A stretch of DNA of 64,000 nucleotides from an uncultured Actinomycetota bacterium. GTDB lineage: Bacteria > Actinomycetota > Actinomycetes > JAHEKZ01. A program made the translations under genes and the position numbers. Under the pieces are notes generated by a model. It worked only from the letters and a program-made list of their open reading frames with translations. It ran no database searches and was not told where the DNA came from. Location of the stretch: NCBI GenBank assembly GCA_963743915.1, contig CAVURN010000002.1, positions 593,551 to 657,550 on the forward strand, read 5' to 3'. Of the stretch, positions 10,494-20,240 are shown piece after piece (position 1 is the first letter of the stretch; every line of letters starts with the position of its first letter).

Positions 10494-11932
10494 CGTCGGA
10501 CACCGGTACCCCGGCGCCGCTGACGCCTGACCCGCACGTGATCGTCCTGTTCGGCGCCACCGGCGACCTCGCCAAGCGCAAGCTGCTCCCGGGGCTGTAC
10601 CACCTGTACGTCTCCGGTCTCATGCCACCGGCGTTCCGCATCATCGGCACCTCGCCCGACGCCTGGGAGCGCGCTGAATTCCTGGACCACGTCCACGAGT
10701 CCCTGCAGCAGTTCGGACGCCGGGAGGTGCGGGACGGCCCTTGGGCCAGCTTCCGTGACGCGGTCGACTACGTCCCGTCGACCGGTGACGACGGTGACGC
10801 CCTGGCCGCATCGGTCGCGACCGCCCGGCACGATCTCGGCAGCTCCGTCCGCACGCTGCACTACCTGTCGGTTCCGCCGTTCGCGTTCGAGAGCGTGGTC
10901 GGCATGCTGGGGGCTGCCGGGCTCACCGACGAACCGAGTCGCGTCATCATCGAGAAGCCCTTCGGCCACGACCTGGAGTCGGCGCGCCACCTCAATGCGG
11001 TCCTGCACTCCGCCTTCGCCGAGGAGCAGATCTTCCGCATCGACCACTTCCTCGGCAAGGAGGACGTGCAGAACATCCTTGCGGCGCGGTTCGCGAACGG
11101 CTTCTTCGAGCCGATCTGGAACCGCGGACACATCGACAACGTGCAGATTGACGTCCCCGAGACCCTCGGCCTCGAGCACCGTGCCGGCTTCTACGAGAGC
11201 ACCGGCGCCTACCGGGACATGATCGTCACCCACCTGCTCCAGGCGATGGGGTTCGTCGCGATGGAGCGGCCCGAGAACCTCCAGCCCGATGAGCTGTACC
11301 GGCACAAGGAAGGGGCGTTCGAGGCAATCGTTCCGCTCGATCCACAGGACGTCGTCCGCGGGCAGTACGAGGGGTACCGGTCCGAGGACGGCGTCGCGTC
11401 GGACTCCGACACCGAGACCTTCGCCGCCGCGCGGGTGAGCCTGGACAACGAGCGCTGGCGCGGCGTCCCCTTCTACCTGCGGACCGGCAAGCGGATGGCC
11501 GAGTCGCGACGAACCGTCACCCTGACGTTCGGCGCGCCGGAGCACGACCTGTTCCCCGGCGCGCGGCAGACGAACGCCCTGCGGTTCGAGCTGTCCGAGC
11601 CAGGGAAGATCCGGCTCGCGTTCTTGGCCAAGGAGCCGGGTCCGACCATGGACCTCGGACCGGCCGCCATGGTCTTCGAGTACGCCACGTCCTTCAATGT
11701 CCGGCACGAGCTGGAGGCGTACGAGCGGTTGATCCACGACGCCATGATCGGCGACCGCACGCTGTTCACCAGGGCCCCGGGCATCGAGCGACTCTGGGAG
11801 GTGTCGGCCTCGGTCCTGGAGCACCCTCGACCCGTCGTGCCCTACTCCCCCGGGTCGTGGGGGCCGGCAGAAGCGGACGCGCTGCTCGAGGGCCGTCGCT
11901 GGGCGCTTCCGGACACCGCCCCTACAGGTTGA
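10490..11932 (+). CDS. zwf: glucose-6-phosphate dehydrogenase
   Basis: [31 protein letters not shown] and [13 protein letters not shown] overlap with pgl. Confidence 0.95.
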   Translation: MTSDTGTPAPLTPDPHVIVLFGATGDLAKRKLLPGLYHLYVSGLMPPAFRIIGTSPDAWERAEFLDHVHESLQQFGRREVRDGPWASFRDAVDYVPSTGDDGDALAASVATARHDLGSSVRTLHYLSVPPFAFESVVGMLGAAGLTDEPSRVIIEKPFGHDLESARHLNAVLHSAFAEEQIFRIDHFLGKEDVQNILAARFANGFFEPIWNRGHIDNVQIDVPETLGLEHRAGFYESTGAYRDMIVTHLLQAMGFVAMERPENLQPDELYRHKEGAFEAIVPLDPQDVVRGQYEGYRSEDGVASDSDTETFAAARVSLDNERWRGVPFYLRTGKRMAESRRTVTLTFGAPEHDLFPGARQTNALRFELSEPGKIRLAFLAKEPGPTMDLGPAAMVFEYATSFNVRHELEAYERLIHDAMIGDRTLFTRAPGIERLWEVSASVLEHPRPVVPYSPGSWGPAEADALLEGRRWALPDTAPTG

Positions 11933-13784
11933 GCTCGTCCAGACGTTCGGCCAGGATCAAGCGGGCGGCGGCCTCGATGAGGGCCAGGTGGGAGAAGGCC
12001 TGCGGGGTGTTGCCGAGGTGCCGGGCGCTCTCCACCTCGAACTCCTCGGCGTAGAGCCCGAGGGGCGACCCGATGCGCAGGAGCCGCTGCATCCGGTCGT
12101 CCGCCCGCTTCCGCTCGCCGATCATGGCCAGTCCCGAGACCTGCCAGAACGAGCAGATCAGGAATGAGCCCTCTTTGCCGTGGAGTCCGTCGTCGGTGAC
12201 GTCGGTGCGGTAGCGGAGCACGAACCCGTCCTCAGTCAGATCACGGTCGATCGCCTCGACGGTGGCTCGGAACCGTTCGTCGTGGCCGGGCAAGAAGCCG
12301 AAGAGACCGGCGAGCAACGAGGACGCATCGAGCGCGTCGGTGTCGTAGTGCTGACGCAGCACTCCGTCACTGCTCACCCCACGAGCGAGGATGTCCGTCT
12401 TGATGGCTTCAGCGGTCTCTGCCCAACGGCGCTCGAGGTCGGAGTCACCGCGGATGGCGGCCAGCTTCGAGGCACGGTCCATCGCCACCCAGCACATGAG
12501 CTTCGACGAGACGTAGTGCTGCGGGGCGCCGCGCGCCTCCCAGATCCCCTGGTCAGGATCGGTCCAGACCTGCGACGCCCGCTCCGCCTGGCTCTGGATC
12601 AGCGGCCACAGCCGGCCTGGAAGACGCTGACTGCGCCGAGTATGGAGAAGCAGCGAGTCGAGGACTGACCCGAACACGTCGTTCTGACGCTGCTGGAAGG
12701 CACCGTTGCCCACCCGCACGGGCCGAGCGCCTTCGTACCCGGTGAGCTCGTCAAGGGTGGTCTCGGTGAGGTCGCGACGACCGTCGATCCCGTACATGAT
12801 CTGCAGGCCGCCGTCGGGGTTCGGTTGCAGGTCGGCGACAAACTGCATGAACTCCTCGGCTTCGCGGTCGAGGTCGAGGAAATGCAGGGCCTGCAGCGTG
12901 AACGTGCTGTCACGCATCCACGCGTACCGGTAGTCCCAGTTGCGCTCTCCGCCTGGAGTCTCGGGGAGCGAGGTGGTCAGGGCGGCAACAGTCGCACCCG
13001 TCGGCAGGTAGGTGAGGCCCTTGATGGTCAGCGCAGACCTCTCCACCGCGTGTCGAAGGTAGTGGTCGGGGATCCGCGCCCGCGCCAGCCAGCGCCGCCA
13101 GTACTCGACGGTCGCGTCGATGCGTGCGGCCGCGTCGTCCACATCTGTCGGAGCGGGGACGTCGGACCACGACAATGCGACGCACGCCCGATCGCCTCTG
13201 TCCAGCGTGTGGCGCGATCGCACCGAGTCGCCCTCAGCCCCCAGCACCATGGACGAGGTGATCGTCAGCGAGACGCCGGCCACGGTGACCGTTGCCACCT
13301 GGCTGTCGTCTTGGACCGCCCACCCACCTCGGTAGCGTCCATAGCCGAAGGCCGGCTCACACACGACTTCGACCTCTGAGCTGCCCTCGATGCACTCGAT
13401 CGTGCGAACCAGCATGTGCTCGGCATCCACGTCGTTGGGCGGCCGAGTGTGCGGGGTGGCGCTGTCGGGACCGCGCCGAGCTCCGAAGGTCAGTGCATCA
13501 CGGACGACCACCCAACCCGTTGGCGTGTGCCACGTCGTCTCGAGCACATTTGTCCCCGGGATGTAGACCCGCGACGTGGGAACGTCCATCCCGTCGGGAG
13601 ACACGCGGAAGGAGCCGGCTCCTCGGTCGAGAAGGCTGCCGAAGACGCTCGGGGAATCGAACGCCGGCACGCACAGCCAGTCCACCGACCCGTCAGGCGC
13701 GACCAGCGCTCCCGTGTGGCAGTTGGACAGGAAGGCGTACTCGGCGATCGGGGGGAACGGGGAGCGGGACGCCATGGGCGTCAA
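11922..13784 (-). CDS. glycoside hydrolase family 15 protein (glucoamylase/trehalase-type)
   Basis: 620-aa ORF with [42 protein letters not shown] and FLICSFWQV, typical of actinobacterial GH15. Confidence 0.88.
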   Translation of the reverse strand: MTPMASRSPFPPIAEYAFLSNCHTGALVAPDGSVDWLCVPAFDSPSVFGSLLDRGAGSFRVSPDGMDVPTSRVYIPGTNVLETTWHTPTGWVVVRDALTFGARRGPDSATPHTRPPNDVDAEHMLVRTIECIEGSSEVEVVCEPAFGYGRYRGGWAVQDDSQVATVTVAGVSLTITSSMVLGAEGDSVRSRHTLDRGDRACVALSWSDVPAPTDVDDAAARIDATVEYWRRWLARARIPDHYLRHAVERSALTIKGLTYLPTGATVAALTTSLPETPGGERNWDYRYAWMRDSTFTLQALHFLDLDREAEEFMQFVADLQPNPDGGLQIMYGIDGRRDLTETTLDELTGYEGARPVRVGNGAFQQRQNDVFGSVLDSLLLHTRRSQRLPGRLWPLIQSQAERASQVWTDPDQGIWEARGAPQHYVSSKLMCWVAMDRASKLAAIRGDSDLERRWAETAEAIKTDILARGVSSDGVLRQHYDTDALDASSLLAGLFGFLPGHDERFRATVEAIDRDLTEDGFVLRYRTDVTDDGLHGKEGSFLICSFWQVSGLAMIGERKRADDRMQRLLRIGSPLGLYAEEFEVESARHLGNTPQAFSHLALIEAAARLILAERLDELNL

Positions 13785-13801
13785 TCTAGGGGCAAAGCCA
13801 C

Positions 13802-14071
13802 ATGATTGGCGCCGCGTTGGGTAGCACCACAGTCATGGTGGACCACGGCGAGTACTTCAACCTCGGGCAGGCCGCCACGGGCGACGTCCATGCCACGACG
13901 GGGCTCTGGGGACCTGCGTTGTGCGACACGCCGCTGCTCATCGTGGACGACAACCGCCGCTACTCCGGGGACGAGCTGCGGTGTCTCGCGGTCTGCCCCG
14001 GATGCCGCAGCGCGGCGCTCGTGCGCGCTCGATCGCGCCTTGTGCGGGAACGCAGGCGGCAAACGGGCTAG
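13802..14071 (+). CDS. small hypothetical protein with C-terminal CPGC (zinc-ribbon-like)
   Basis: 89-aa ORF with consistently G/C-ending codons; ..LCDTPLLIVDDNRRYSGDELRCLAVCPGC... Start could be the ATG at 13835. No family recognised. Confidence 0.35.
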   Translation: MIGAALGSTTVMVDHGEYFNLGQAATGDVHATTGLWGPALCDTPLLIVDDNRRYSGDELRCLAVCPGCRSAALVRARSRLVRERRRQTG

Positions 14072-14457
14072 CCCAGCTGGCCGGGATGGCCGCCCTTGGT
14101 GGACAGCTCGTCCAGGGTGTGGGTGCACCGATTGAGCAGCGCAACCGCCTGCACCATCCCCTGGTCCGCTTGCCTTGCCTCAAGGTGTCGGCGGGTTTGG
14201 GGCCTCCCCCAACCACTGGACTCTCCCGTACTCGACCTTGACGGTGCCGCGTCGAGCAGTGTGGATGACGCATTTCGGAAGGCCCTGGGCTCTCCGGTGA
14301 GCACGCGGGACTTCACTGTGAGCAGGGGGATCCCCAGCAGCTCCGCGCGGACCCACGCACGGACTTCGAAGTCACCCTGCTCGTCATCCGGCGGCTGTTC
14401 GTTTCGACGTCGCCTGCTGCGTCCACCGCGTTCATGTCTGCGGCGCCGAGAGCTCAT
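14068..14457 (-). CDS. hypothetical basic protein with a sigma-70 region-4-like HTH segment
   Basis: The ATG follows AGAGGA. The N-terminus is Arg-rich, followed by AELLGIPLLTVKSRV, which resembles the ECF sigma region 4.2 signature. GC3 drops in the middle third, so the frame may be disturbed. Confidence 0.3.
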   Translation of the reverse strand: MSSRRRRHERGGRSRRRRNEQPPDDEQGDFEVRAWVRAELLGIPLLTVKSRVLTGEPRAFRNASSTLLDAAPSRSSTGESSGWGRPQTRRHLEARQADQGMVQAVALLNRCTHTLDELSTKGGHPGQLG

Positions 14458-14484
14458 GTGGTCACGTCCTCTTGCCGACGATCA

Positions 14485-14661
14485 TCACTCGCCCTGATGA
14501 CGCACCGCGGAGATGGCCGCACTGGCGACTGTCAGGCTGAGCAGCCCCGCGAACGCTCCCCCTGCGACCTTCGAGACACGCTTCGCTCCAGCACTGGTGA
14601 GGGCGGCCAGGGCGTATCCCGCCGCAATCTCCTTCTTGCTCTTGCTCCTGATCAGACCCAT
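14485..14661 (-). CDS. small hydrophobic protein (58 aa), below the ORF-track threshold
   Basis: Hand translation: MGLIRSKSKKEIAAGYALAALTSAGAKRVSKVAGGAFAGLLSLTVASAAISAVRHQGE. The ATG at 14661 follows GAAGCGAGGA, 50 nt downstream of the coiled-coil gene. Confidence 0.45.
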   Translation of the reverse strand: MGLIRSKSKKEIAAGYALAALTSAGAKRVSKVAGGAFAGLLSLTVASAAISAVRHQGE

Positions 14662-14710
14662 GACAGTCCTCGCTTCTTTCGTCGTCGTTGAAGGGGTTTC
14701 CGTAGTGTCG

Positions 14711-15829
14711 TCAGCTGATCGAGTCGATGAGTTGCCGCTTGCTCATGGAGCTCCTCACCTCGAGCCCCTCAGCCTCTGCCATGCGGATGAGGTCGCGCTT
14801 CGTGAGTGCCTCGAGCGGGACACCTTCCTGGACAAGCGCCTCGACCAGTTCTGACTTGTTCAAGGTGGAGGCGCCGTCCACCTCCACCGTCTGCGCCACG
14901 GCGACCAGGTCCTGCTTGGTCAGGGCGCTCAGGCGCTCGGCGTCAACTGTCGCGTGTCCATTGCGGGACGACTCGTTCGTCGAGACCTGGGCCTGCTTCC
15001 GCGCTCGGTCCGCCGCAACGGCTCGACGCTTCGCCTCGTTCGCCCTTGCCTTTGCCTCCTGCGCCAGGTGATCGGCTTCACGCGCAGCCTCATCCGCTGC
15101 CTCCTTCGCAGCCCGCGCTGCGGCGTCAGCGAGTCTCTCGGCCTCAGCGATTGCCGCATTGGCTTCATCGATGGCGCTGGCAGCCAGAGCGGCCGAGTGT
15201 TCGGCGCGCTGCTGCGCGTCGCGGACTCTGCGGGCGGCTGCCTTCTCCTCTTTCTCGAGCCTCTGCCTGGCCGCACCTTCTTCGTGCGAGCGGACCTCAT
15301 CGACGTGGCGCTCAGCCCGTGCCTGAGCCTGTCGGACCCTTTCCTCCTGCTGTCGGATCACCTCGGCGACTGCAGCCTCGGCCTCCTGTCGAGCCTCATC
15401 GATCCGAGAACGCACCTGTTCCTCAAGGTCGCGGCGCGCTGCCGCTCGCGTCGTCTCGGTCTCATGAGCGATCTGAGCGGCCGACTCGGCTTCTTCATTG
15501 GCCTGCTGAGCCAGCAAGACCGCTCGGCTCTCAGCCTCCTGCGCCTGAGCAGCGGCTTCGTCCGCCTGCTTCATCAGACGGGTCACGGGGTCACGCCGCG
15601 AGACGGTGTCCTTGACCCGCGTCACCGTGCGCCGGGCACCCTCACCAGCGCCATCAGTCGCGGATGAGGCCAAGTCGCCCACACTCCCGGAAATCCCATC
15701 AGCCGCGTTCGCCGTGGTCTCGATCACCGGGTGGAAGGCTTTTGAGACCAGCCATGCGGTGTTGCTCGGAAGCTCCTTGACACCCAGCACCGCGGTGCGG
15801 CCCAGAGAGCCCTTCTTTCGCTCGGACAT
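14711..15829 (-). CDS. coiled-coil protein with three C-terminal Rho_N/SAP-like repeats
   Basis: The ATG at 15829 follows GGAGGA. About 230 aa of A/E/R/Q-rich heptad-like sequence is followed by LSALTKQDLVAVAQ, LNKSELVEALV and LTKRDLIRMAEAEGLEV..MSKRQLIDSI. Confidence 0.75.
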   Translation of the reverse strand: MSERKKGSLGRTAVLGVKELPSNTAWLVSKAFHPVIETTANAADGISGSVGDLASSATDGAGEGARRTVTRVKDTVSRRDPVTRLMKQADEAAAQAQEAESRAVLLAQQANEEAESAAQIAHETETTRAAARRDLEEQVRSRIDEARQEAEAAVAEVIRQQEERVRQAQARAERHVDEVRSHEEGAARQRLEKEEKAAARRVRDAQQRAEHSAALAASAIDEANAAIAEAERLADAAARAAKEAADEAAREADHLAQEAKARANEAKRRAVAADRARKQAQVSTNESSRNGHATVDAERLSALTKQDLVAVAQTVEVDGASTLNKSELVEALVQEGVPLEALTKRDLIRMAEAEGLEVRSSMSKRQLIDSIS

Positions 15830-16438
15830 GTGGTCCTCCTCAAGGTAATGAGGTGACACCTACCCGTCCGACGTCATGAGAAACCCGTCGGGGCTCGGGA
15901 CACCGCCGTCGAGGCTGCCTACGGCCTGTTGGCGCCGAGCGCAGTGCTCAAGGGGCGGTACACCTCGGGTACCAGCTGCGCGACCAGGTCAACCGCCTCG
16001 AACTCGACCGGAGGGACGTCCGGTGGCCCCATCACGCGCTGCGCTGGGCATGGAGCAGCTGGCGGAGCGTCTGGAGCAGTGGGATCTGCATCATGACGGT
16101 CGTGTACCCGGTATCGGCAGTGGTAATCGGATCGCCGGGGCGCGAACCGCTCCACAGCCGTGAAGATCCAGTTCGCCTCGCCGGGCTCTACCCAATCCCT
16201 GCGTGCCGTCGACAAGTCTGTGCCTGCTGGAGCAGCGCAGAGGGCCGGCTACACGACCATCGAGGAAGCGCAGTCACTCATCGACGACCAACTCGGCGGG
16301 TGCCTGCGCTACTTAGCCGTGAGGTCACGCCACCTTGGCCGCCTGGGTTAGCCGAGTGGCCCATGACGGCACTTCGGTTAGGCAGTCGCGGCGATAGAGT
16401 CACGGCCGACGAGTCGTGCGAGGCGGAGGAGATCTGCG

Positions 16439-16909
16439 GTGGAGATCAAGGAGCTCGGGCACCTGGTGCTGTACGTGCGCGACCTGAGGGCGTCGGTGCG
16501 CTTCTACCGCGACGTGCTCGGCTGGCGTCCGATCCTCGGCGGCGACGACGACAACCCGCTGCCGTTCCCGGCGGCCGTGTTCAACGCGCCGTCGAACCGG
16601 ACCCACCACGAGCTGCTTCTCATCGAGGTCGGTCCCGACGCAGCGGCGATCCCCGAGGGACGACGGGTCGGGCTGTACCACTTCGGCCTCAGGGTCGGCG
16701 ACAGCGACGACGAGCTGCGCGAAGCGCTCGCCACACTGCAGGAGAACGACGTTACGATCCTCGGTCGCAGCGACCACACGGTGACGCACAGCCTCTACAT
16801 CGCCGACCCCGACGGCAACGAGGTCGAGCTGTTCATCGACGTCCCCGGCGTCGACTGGAAGAACGACCCGGCGCTTCTCGGCGCCCCGATCAAGCCCCTC
16901 GTGCTCTGA
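16439..16909 (+). CDS. VOC family protein (glyoxalase/bleomycin-resistance/dioxygenase fold)
   Basis: GHLVLYVRDLRASVRFYRDVLGW, GLYHFGLRV and HSLYIADPDGNEVELF. Confidence 0.85.
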   Translation: MEIKELGHLVLYVRDLRASVRFYRDVLGWRPILGGDDDNPLPFPAAVFNAPSNRTHHELLLIEVGPDAAAIPEGRRVGLYHFGLRVGDSDDELREALATLQENDVTILGRSDHTVTHSLYIADPDGNEVELFIDVPGVDWKNDPALLGAPIKPLVL

Positions 16910-17046
16910 ACGAGCCCGCTGTACGTCATGAATGAGAGTCATGACCGCGCCCTTCCCCCTGATTTTCAAGAATCACCAACCCGCCGTCAGTCGACCTCTT
17001 CAAACACCAAAAGGACAAGATCAGTGCCGTAACCGGCCCACTACCA

Positions 17047-17092
17047 GGGATCGGGACGGCTCAGGCGTCGACCATGAAACCGTCCCGGTCCC
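17047..17092. terminator. hairpin downstream of rnpB (possible terminator)
   Basis: GGGATCGGGACGG ... CCGTCCCGGTCCC: a 13-bp stem with one mismatch and a 20-nt loop. Confidence 0.3.
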
Positions 17093-17138
17093 AACCGAGG
17101 CGGCAGATTAGCGGCGTCTGCGCGGGTCAGGGCTGGGG

Positions 17139-17539
17139 CGAGCGAGTTGGCCTGTAAGCCGGGTTCTGTCCTCACGCCGTGAGGCGTGAGGGGCGACCAT
17201 CCATCTGGGGCCGCCGTTGCCGACGACCTCGTGCGGTCTACCCGCAGGCTCGGACGGGCCGTCCTCGAACGCCTGCGCAGCGCCGGCCGGAGCCGACGCC
17301 TCTTGACCTTGCTCCGGGTGGGGTTTGCCGAGCCGCCGCAGTCACCTGCGGCGCTGGTGGTCTCTTACACCACCGTTTCACCCTTACCGCCCGGCGAACC
17401 GGACGGCGGTCTGCTTTCTGTGGCACTGTCCCGCGGGTCACCCCGGGTGGGCGTTACCCACCACCTTGCCCTGTGGAGCCCGGACTTTCCTCGACCGGTG
17501 GTTGCCCACCGACCGCGGCCGCCCGGCCAACTCGCTCGC
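17139..17539 (-). ncRNA. rnpB: RNase P RNA (bacterial type A)
   Basis: The reverse complement starts CGAGCGAGTTGGCCGGGCGG and ends ACAGAACCCGGCTTACAGGCCAACTCGCTCG, giving the P1 pairing. The internal sequence GGTAAGGGTGAAACGGTGGTGTAAGAGACCACCAG is the universal RNase P core. Confidence 0.93.
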
Positions 17540-17604
17540 GTGGACAGGGTACGGGGCCGGACCGGTCGGGGGCCAACCTGACCGGGCTCCTAGAGTGACC
17601 GCTC

Positions 17605-18390
17605 GTGCTCATCCTGCTTCCACCGTCCGAGGGCAAGGCACCCACCGACGCCGGCCACCCCTTCGACATCGAAGGCATGTCTCTCCCGGAGCTGACGGCA
17701 ACCAGACGTCGCGTCTGCGACGCCCTGGTAAAGCTCAGCTCCGGACGCGAGAAGCGCGCCCGTGAGGTGTTGAGACTGTCCGCCCGCCAGATCGACGAGC
17801 TCGACCGCAACCGCGAGCTCGCTGAGCCGCGGGCGCTTCCGGCGTCCGAGGTGTACTCCGGTGTGCTGTACGCCGCCCTCGACTACTCATCGCTCACGCC
17901 GGCAGCTCGTAAGCGTGCCGACCGATGGGTGCTCGTGTCCTCGGCCCTGTGGGGTGCGGTGCACCTGTCCGATCCGATCCCCTCCTACCGGCTGTCCGGT
18001 GACGTGTCCCTCCCCCGACTCGGGCCGGTCGCGACTCTGTGGCGCAAACCCCTGACGCGCGTGATTCCGCAGGTTGCTGCGGACGGTGTCGTGCTCGACC
18101 TGCGTTCCGGCACGTACGCCAAGATGTGGTCACCGGACGCCGAGCTCGCACCGCGCACCGCGGTTGCGCGTGTGCTCCACCAACGACCCGATGGCAGTCG
18201 TACCGTCGTCAGCCACTTCAACAAGGCCACCAAAGGACGCCTCGTGCGTGCGCTGGTGTCTCAGGGAAAGACGCCGCGCTCCGTGCCGGAACTGGTTGAC
18301 CTCATCAGCGCGCTGGGCTTCGCCACGGAGCTGAGTGAGGGTCGTCCGGGCAAGCCGTGGTCGCTGGACGTCGTGGTCGACGAGCTGTGA
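17605..18390 (+). CDS. yaaA: peroxide stress protein YaaA family (DUF328)
   Basis: Starts MLILLPPSEGK, followed by YSGVLYAAL, SALWG and NKATKGRLVRAL. Confidence 0.88.
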   Translation: MLILLPPSEGKAPTDAGHPFDIEGMSLPELTATRRRVCDALVKLSSGREKRAREVLRLSARQIDELDRNRELAEPRALPASEVYSGVLYAALDYSSLTPAARKRADRWVLVSSALWGAVHLSDPIPSYRLSGDVSLPRLGPVATLWRKPLTRVIPQVAADGVVLDLRSGTYAKMWSPDAELAPRTAVARVLHQRPDGSRTVVSHFNKATKGRLVRALVSQGKTPRSVPELVDLISALGFATELSEGRPGKPWSLDVVVDEL

Positions 18391-18393
18391 CGC

Positions 18394-19494
18394 TCAGCCC
18401 AGGTGAGGGACGGCGTTGACGCTGCTGACCGACACGTTGCCGTCGCCGAACCAGCTGATCGTCGACATCGTGGCCGGCCTGATCTCGATCCGGTAGTAGG
18501 CGTGCGCCGGCGCGTCCAGAGCCAGCCGCAGCAAGGTCTTCAACGGCGTCACGTGGGTGACGAGGAGCAGCGTCGATCCCTCGTACTGCTCGAGGATCCG
18601 GTCGCGTGCAGTGGTGACGCGCCGCTCGACGTCGTCGAAGGACTCACCGCCTGGAGGCGCAACGGCGGTCGACGCGAGCCACCGGTCCAGCTCCACCGGT
18701 GACTGCTGCATGACGTCGGCGAAGGTCAGGCCGTCCCACTCCCCGAACGCGCATTCGCGCAGGTCGTGCTCCTCGACCACGTCGACACCGACGTGCTCTG
18801 CCACCACCTCGGCCGTCTGCCGGGTGCGCGCCATCGGTGAGGTGACGATGAGGTCGCAGCCCCCGGATGCGGCGAGGTGCCGACCCGCCCGATGAGCCTG
18901 CTCGCGTCCGCGGTCGTTGAGGTCGGGGTCGTCGCCGCCCCAGCCGCTGAACCGCTTCTCTGCGGTGTGCGGAGTCTCGCCGTGGCGCAGCAGGATGGTC
19001 GTGGTCACCACTGGATGCGCCGACGACCAGCCCACCAGCACGTTCTTGACCGGTTCCGCCGTCGACACCCCTTCGACGGCGGTCGGCGCCCGTCCGTCGA
19101 GCGCAGCGTTGACCAGCCGGTCAGCATGCGCGTTCTTGGCTCGAGGCACCCAGGTGTAGGTGACGGCGTCCACCGGGAAGATCTCGCGCGCCCGCAGCGC
19201 CCTCTCACGCATGTCGGCGTGCTTGATCTTCCACCGTCCGCTCATCTGCTCGACCACGAGCTTGGAGTCCAGCCGCGCCTCGACCTCCGCCGTTGCGTCG
19301 ATGTCGTGCGCGGCCTGCAGCCCCGCCACCAGCCCGTCGTACTCGGCGACGTTGTTGGTGGCGACGCCGATCGCGCGGCCCTCTTCGAAGAGCACGTCAC
19401 CGGTCTCGGCGTCCTTCACGACGGTTCCGTAGGCGGCGGGACCGGGATTGCCCCGCGATCCGCCGTCGGCCTCGACGATCAGACGACGTCCCAT
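18394..19494 (-). CDS. bifunctional RNase H / histidine (acid) phosphatase (Rv2228c-like)
   Basis: N-terminal RNase H LIVEADGGSRGNPGPAAYG..ATNNVAEY and C-terminal LLRHGETPHT..RFSGWG. The ATG at 19494 lies 2 nt after the upstream stop. Confidence 0.9.
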   Translation of the reverse strand: MGRRLIVEADGGSRGNPGPAAYGTVVKDAETGDVLFEEGRAIGVATNNVAEYDGLVAGLQAAHDIDATAEVEARLDSKLVVEQMSGRWKIKHADMRERALRAREIFPVDAVTYTWVPRAKNAHADRLVNAALDGRAPTAVEGVSTAEPVKNVLVGWSSAHPVVTTTILLRHGETPHTAEKRFSGWGGDDPDLNDRGREQAHRAGRHLAASGGCDLIVTSPMARTRQTAEVVAEHVGVDVVEEHDLRECAFGEWDGLTFADVMQQSPVELDRWLASTAVAPPGGESFDDVERRVTTARDRILEQYEGSTLLLVTHVTPLKTLLRLALDAPAHAYYRIEIRPATMSTISWFGDGNVSVSSVNAVPHLG

Positions 19495-19496
19495 GA

Positions 19497-20240
19497 CTAC
19501 AGCCCGGACTCGGAGGTCCGCACCTGGATCCGGCGGCACTCCTCGCAGCGGATGATCGAGTCTTCATCCGCCTCGCGGATCCGTCCGACGTCGGTGGCGG
19601 AGAGCTCGAGGCGGCAGCCTTCGCACTGCCGGTGTCTGATGGCGACGGCAGCGAGGCCGTCCAGCTGCCCCCGCAGCTTCTCGTAGAACGTGAGCAGCTC
19701 GTCGCCGATGTCAGGGACGACAGTTGCGCGCTGCTGGCGGGCGAACTCGGCGTCCTTCTCGATCGCGTCGAGCGCGGCGACGCGACGGCGTTCGGCATCC
19801 CCGACCGCAGCCGCCAGACGCTGCTGCTCGGCGTCCAGCGCTGTTGCTCGGCGTTCGGCGTCCTCCAGGCGTTGCATCACTTCGAGCTCGACGTCCTCGA
19901 GGTCGCGTTGACGCTTGGCAAGCGAGCCGATCTCGTGCTGCAGGCTCTCCAGCTCTTTCGCAGAACCGACGGCGCCCGAGTCGAGTCGCTGCTGGTCACG
20001 GGCCATCCGCTGGCGCACCTGGTCGATGTCCGACTCGAGCTTGTCCTGCTCGCGCGCGATGTCGCTGACCTGCGTCTGCACCTCGACCAGCTGCCCACGC
20101 ACGGACGCCTGCTGCGTCGCCAGCTCCTCCAGCTCGGCGCTCTCGGGCAGCCGGGTGCGGCGGTGCTCGAGCTGCGCGAGCGTCTGGTCGATGGCCTGCA
20201 GGTCGAGCAGACGGGCCTGTTCGGTCGGTGACGCCTTCAG
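19497..20240 (-). CDS. C4-type zinc-ribbon coiled-coil protein (DUF164, Rv2229c-like); start codon non-canonical or uncertain
   Basis: C-terminus CEGCRLEL...RCEECRRI. The track ORF starts at a GTG at 20102, but the same frame upstream reads LKASPTEQARLLDLQAIDQTLAQLEHRRTRLPE, which matches the family N-terminus (MKA...LLEL..LD). Confidence 0.8.
   Translation of the reverse strand: MKASPTEQARLLDLQAIDQTLAQLEHRRTRLPESAELEELATQQASVRGQLVEVQTQVSDIAREQDKLESDIDQVRQRMARDQQRLDSGAVGSAKELESLQHEIGSLAKRQRDLEDVELEVMQRLEDAERRATALDAEQQRLAAAVGDAERRRVAALDAIEKDAEFARQQRATVVPDIGDELLTFYEKLRGQLDGLAAVAIRHRQCEGCRLELSATDVGRIREADEDSIIRCEECRRIQVRTSESGL

Noticed and set aside
10313-11824. Long antisense ORFs of 500 or more aa opposite zwf (10313..11824), ptsI (21994..23514), fruK/fruR (25644..27194), treT/IclR (53929..56019 upstream part; 55121..56263) and others.
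   Set aside because: Each overlaps a strongly supported gene on the other strand and has no recognisable motifs. It shows the R/P/G/A-rich signature of non-coding frames in GC-rich DNA.
15876-16400. Candidate small genes between the coiled-coil gene and the VOC gene (15919..16215 minus, 16160..16351 plus, and a short high-GC3 frame MMQIPLLQTLRQLLHAQRSA).
   Set aside because: They are mutually overlapping, GC3 is uneven along each, there are no RBS or family matches, and the frame appears to switch mid-ORF. I cannot decide between non-coding DNA and an indel-damaged gene, so I did not annotate them.
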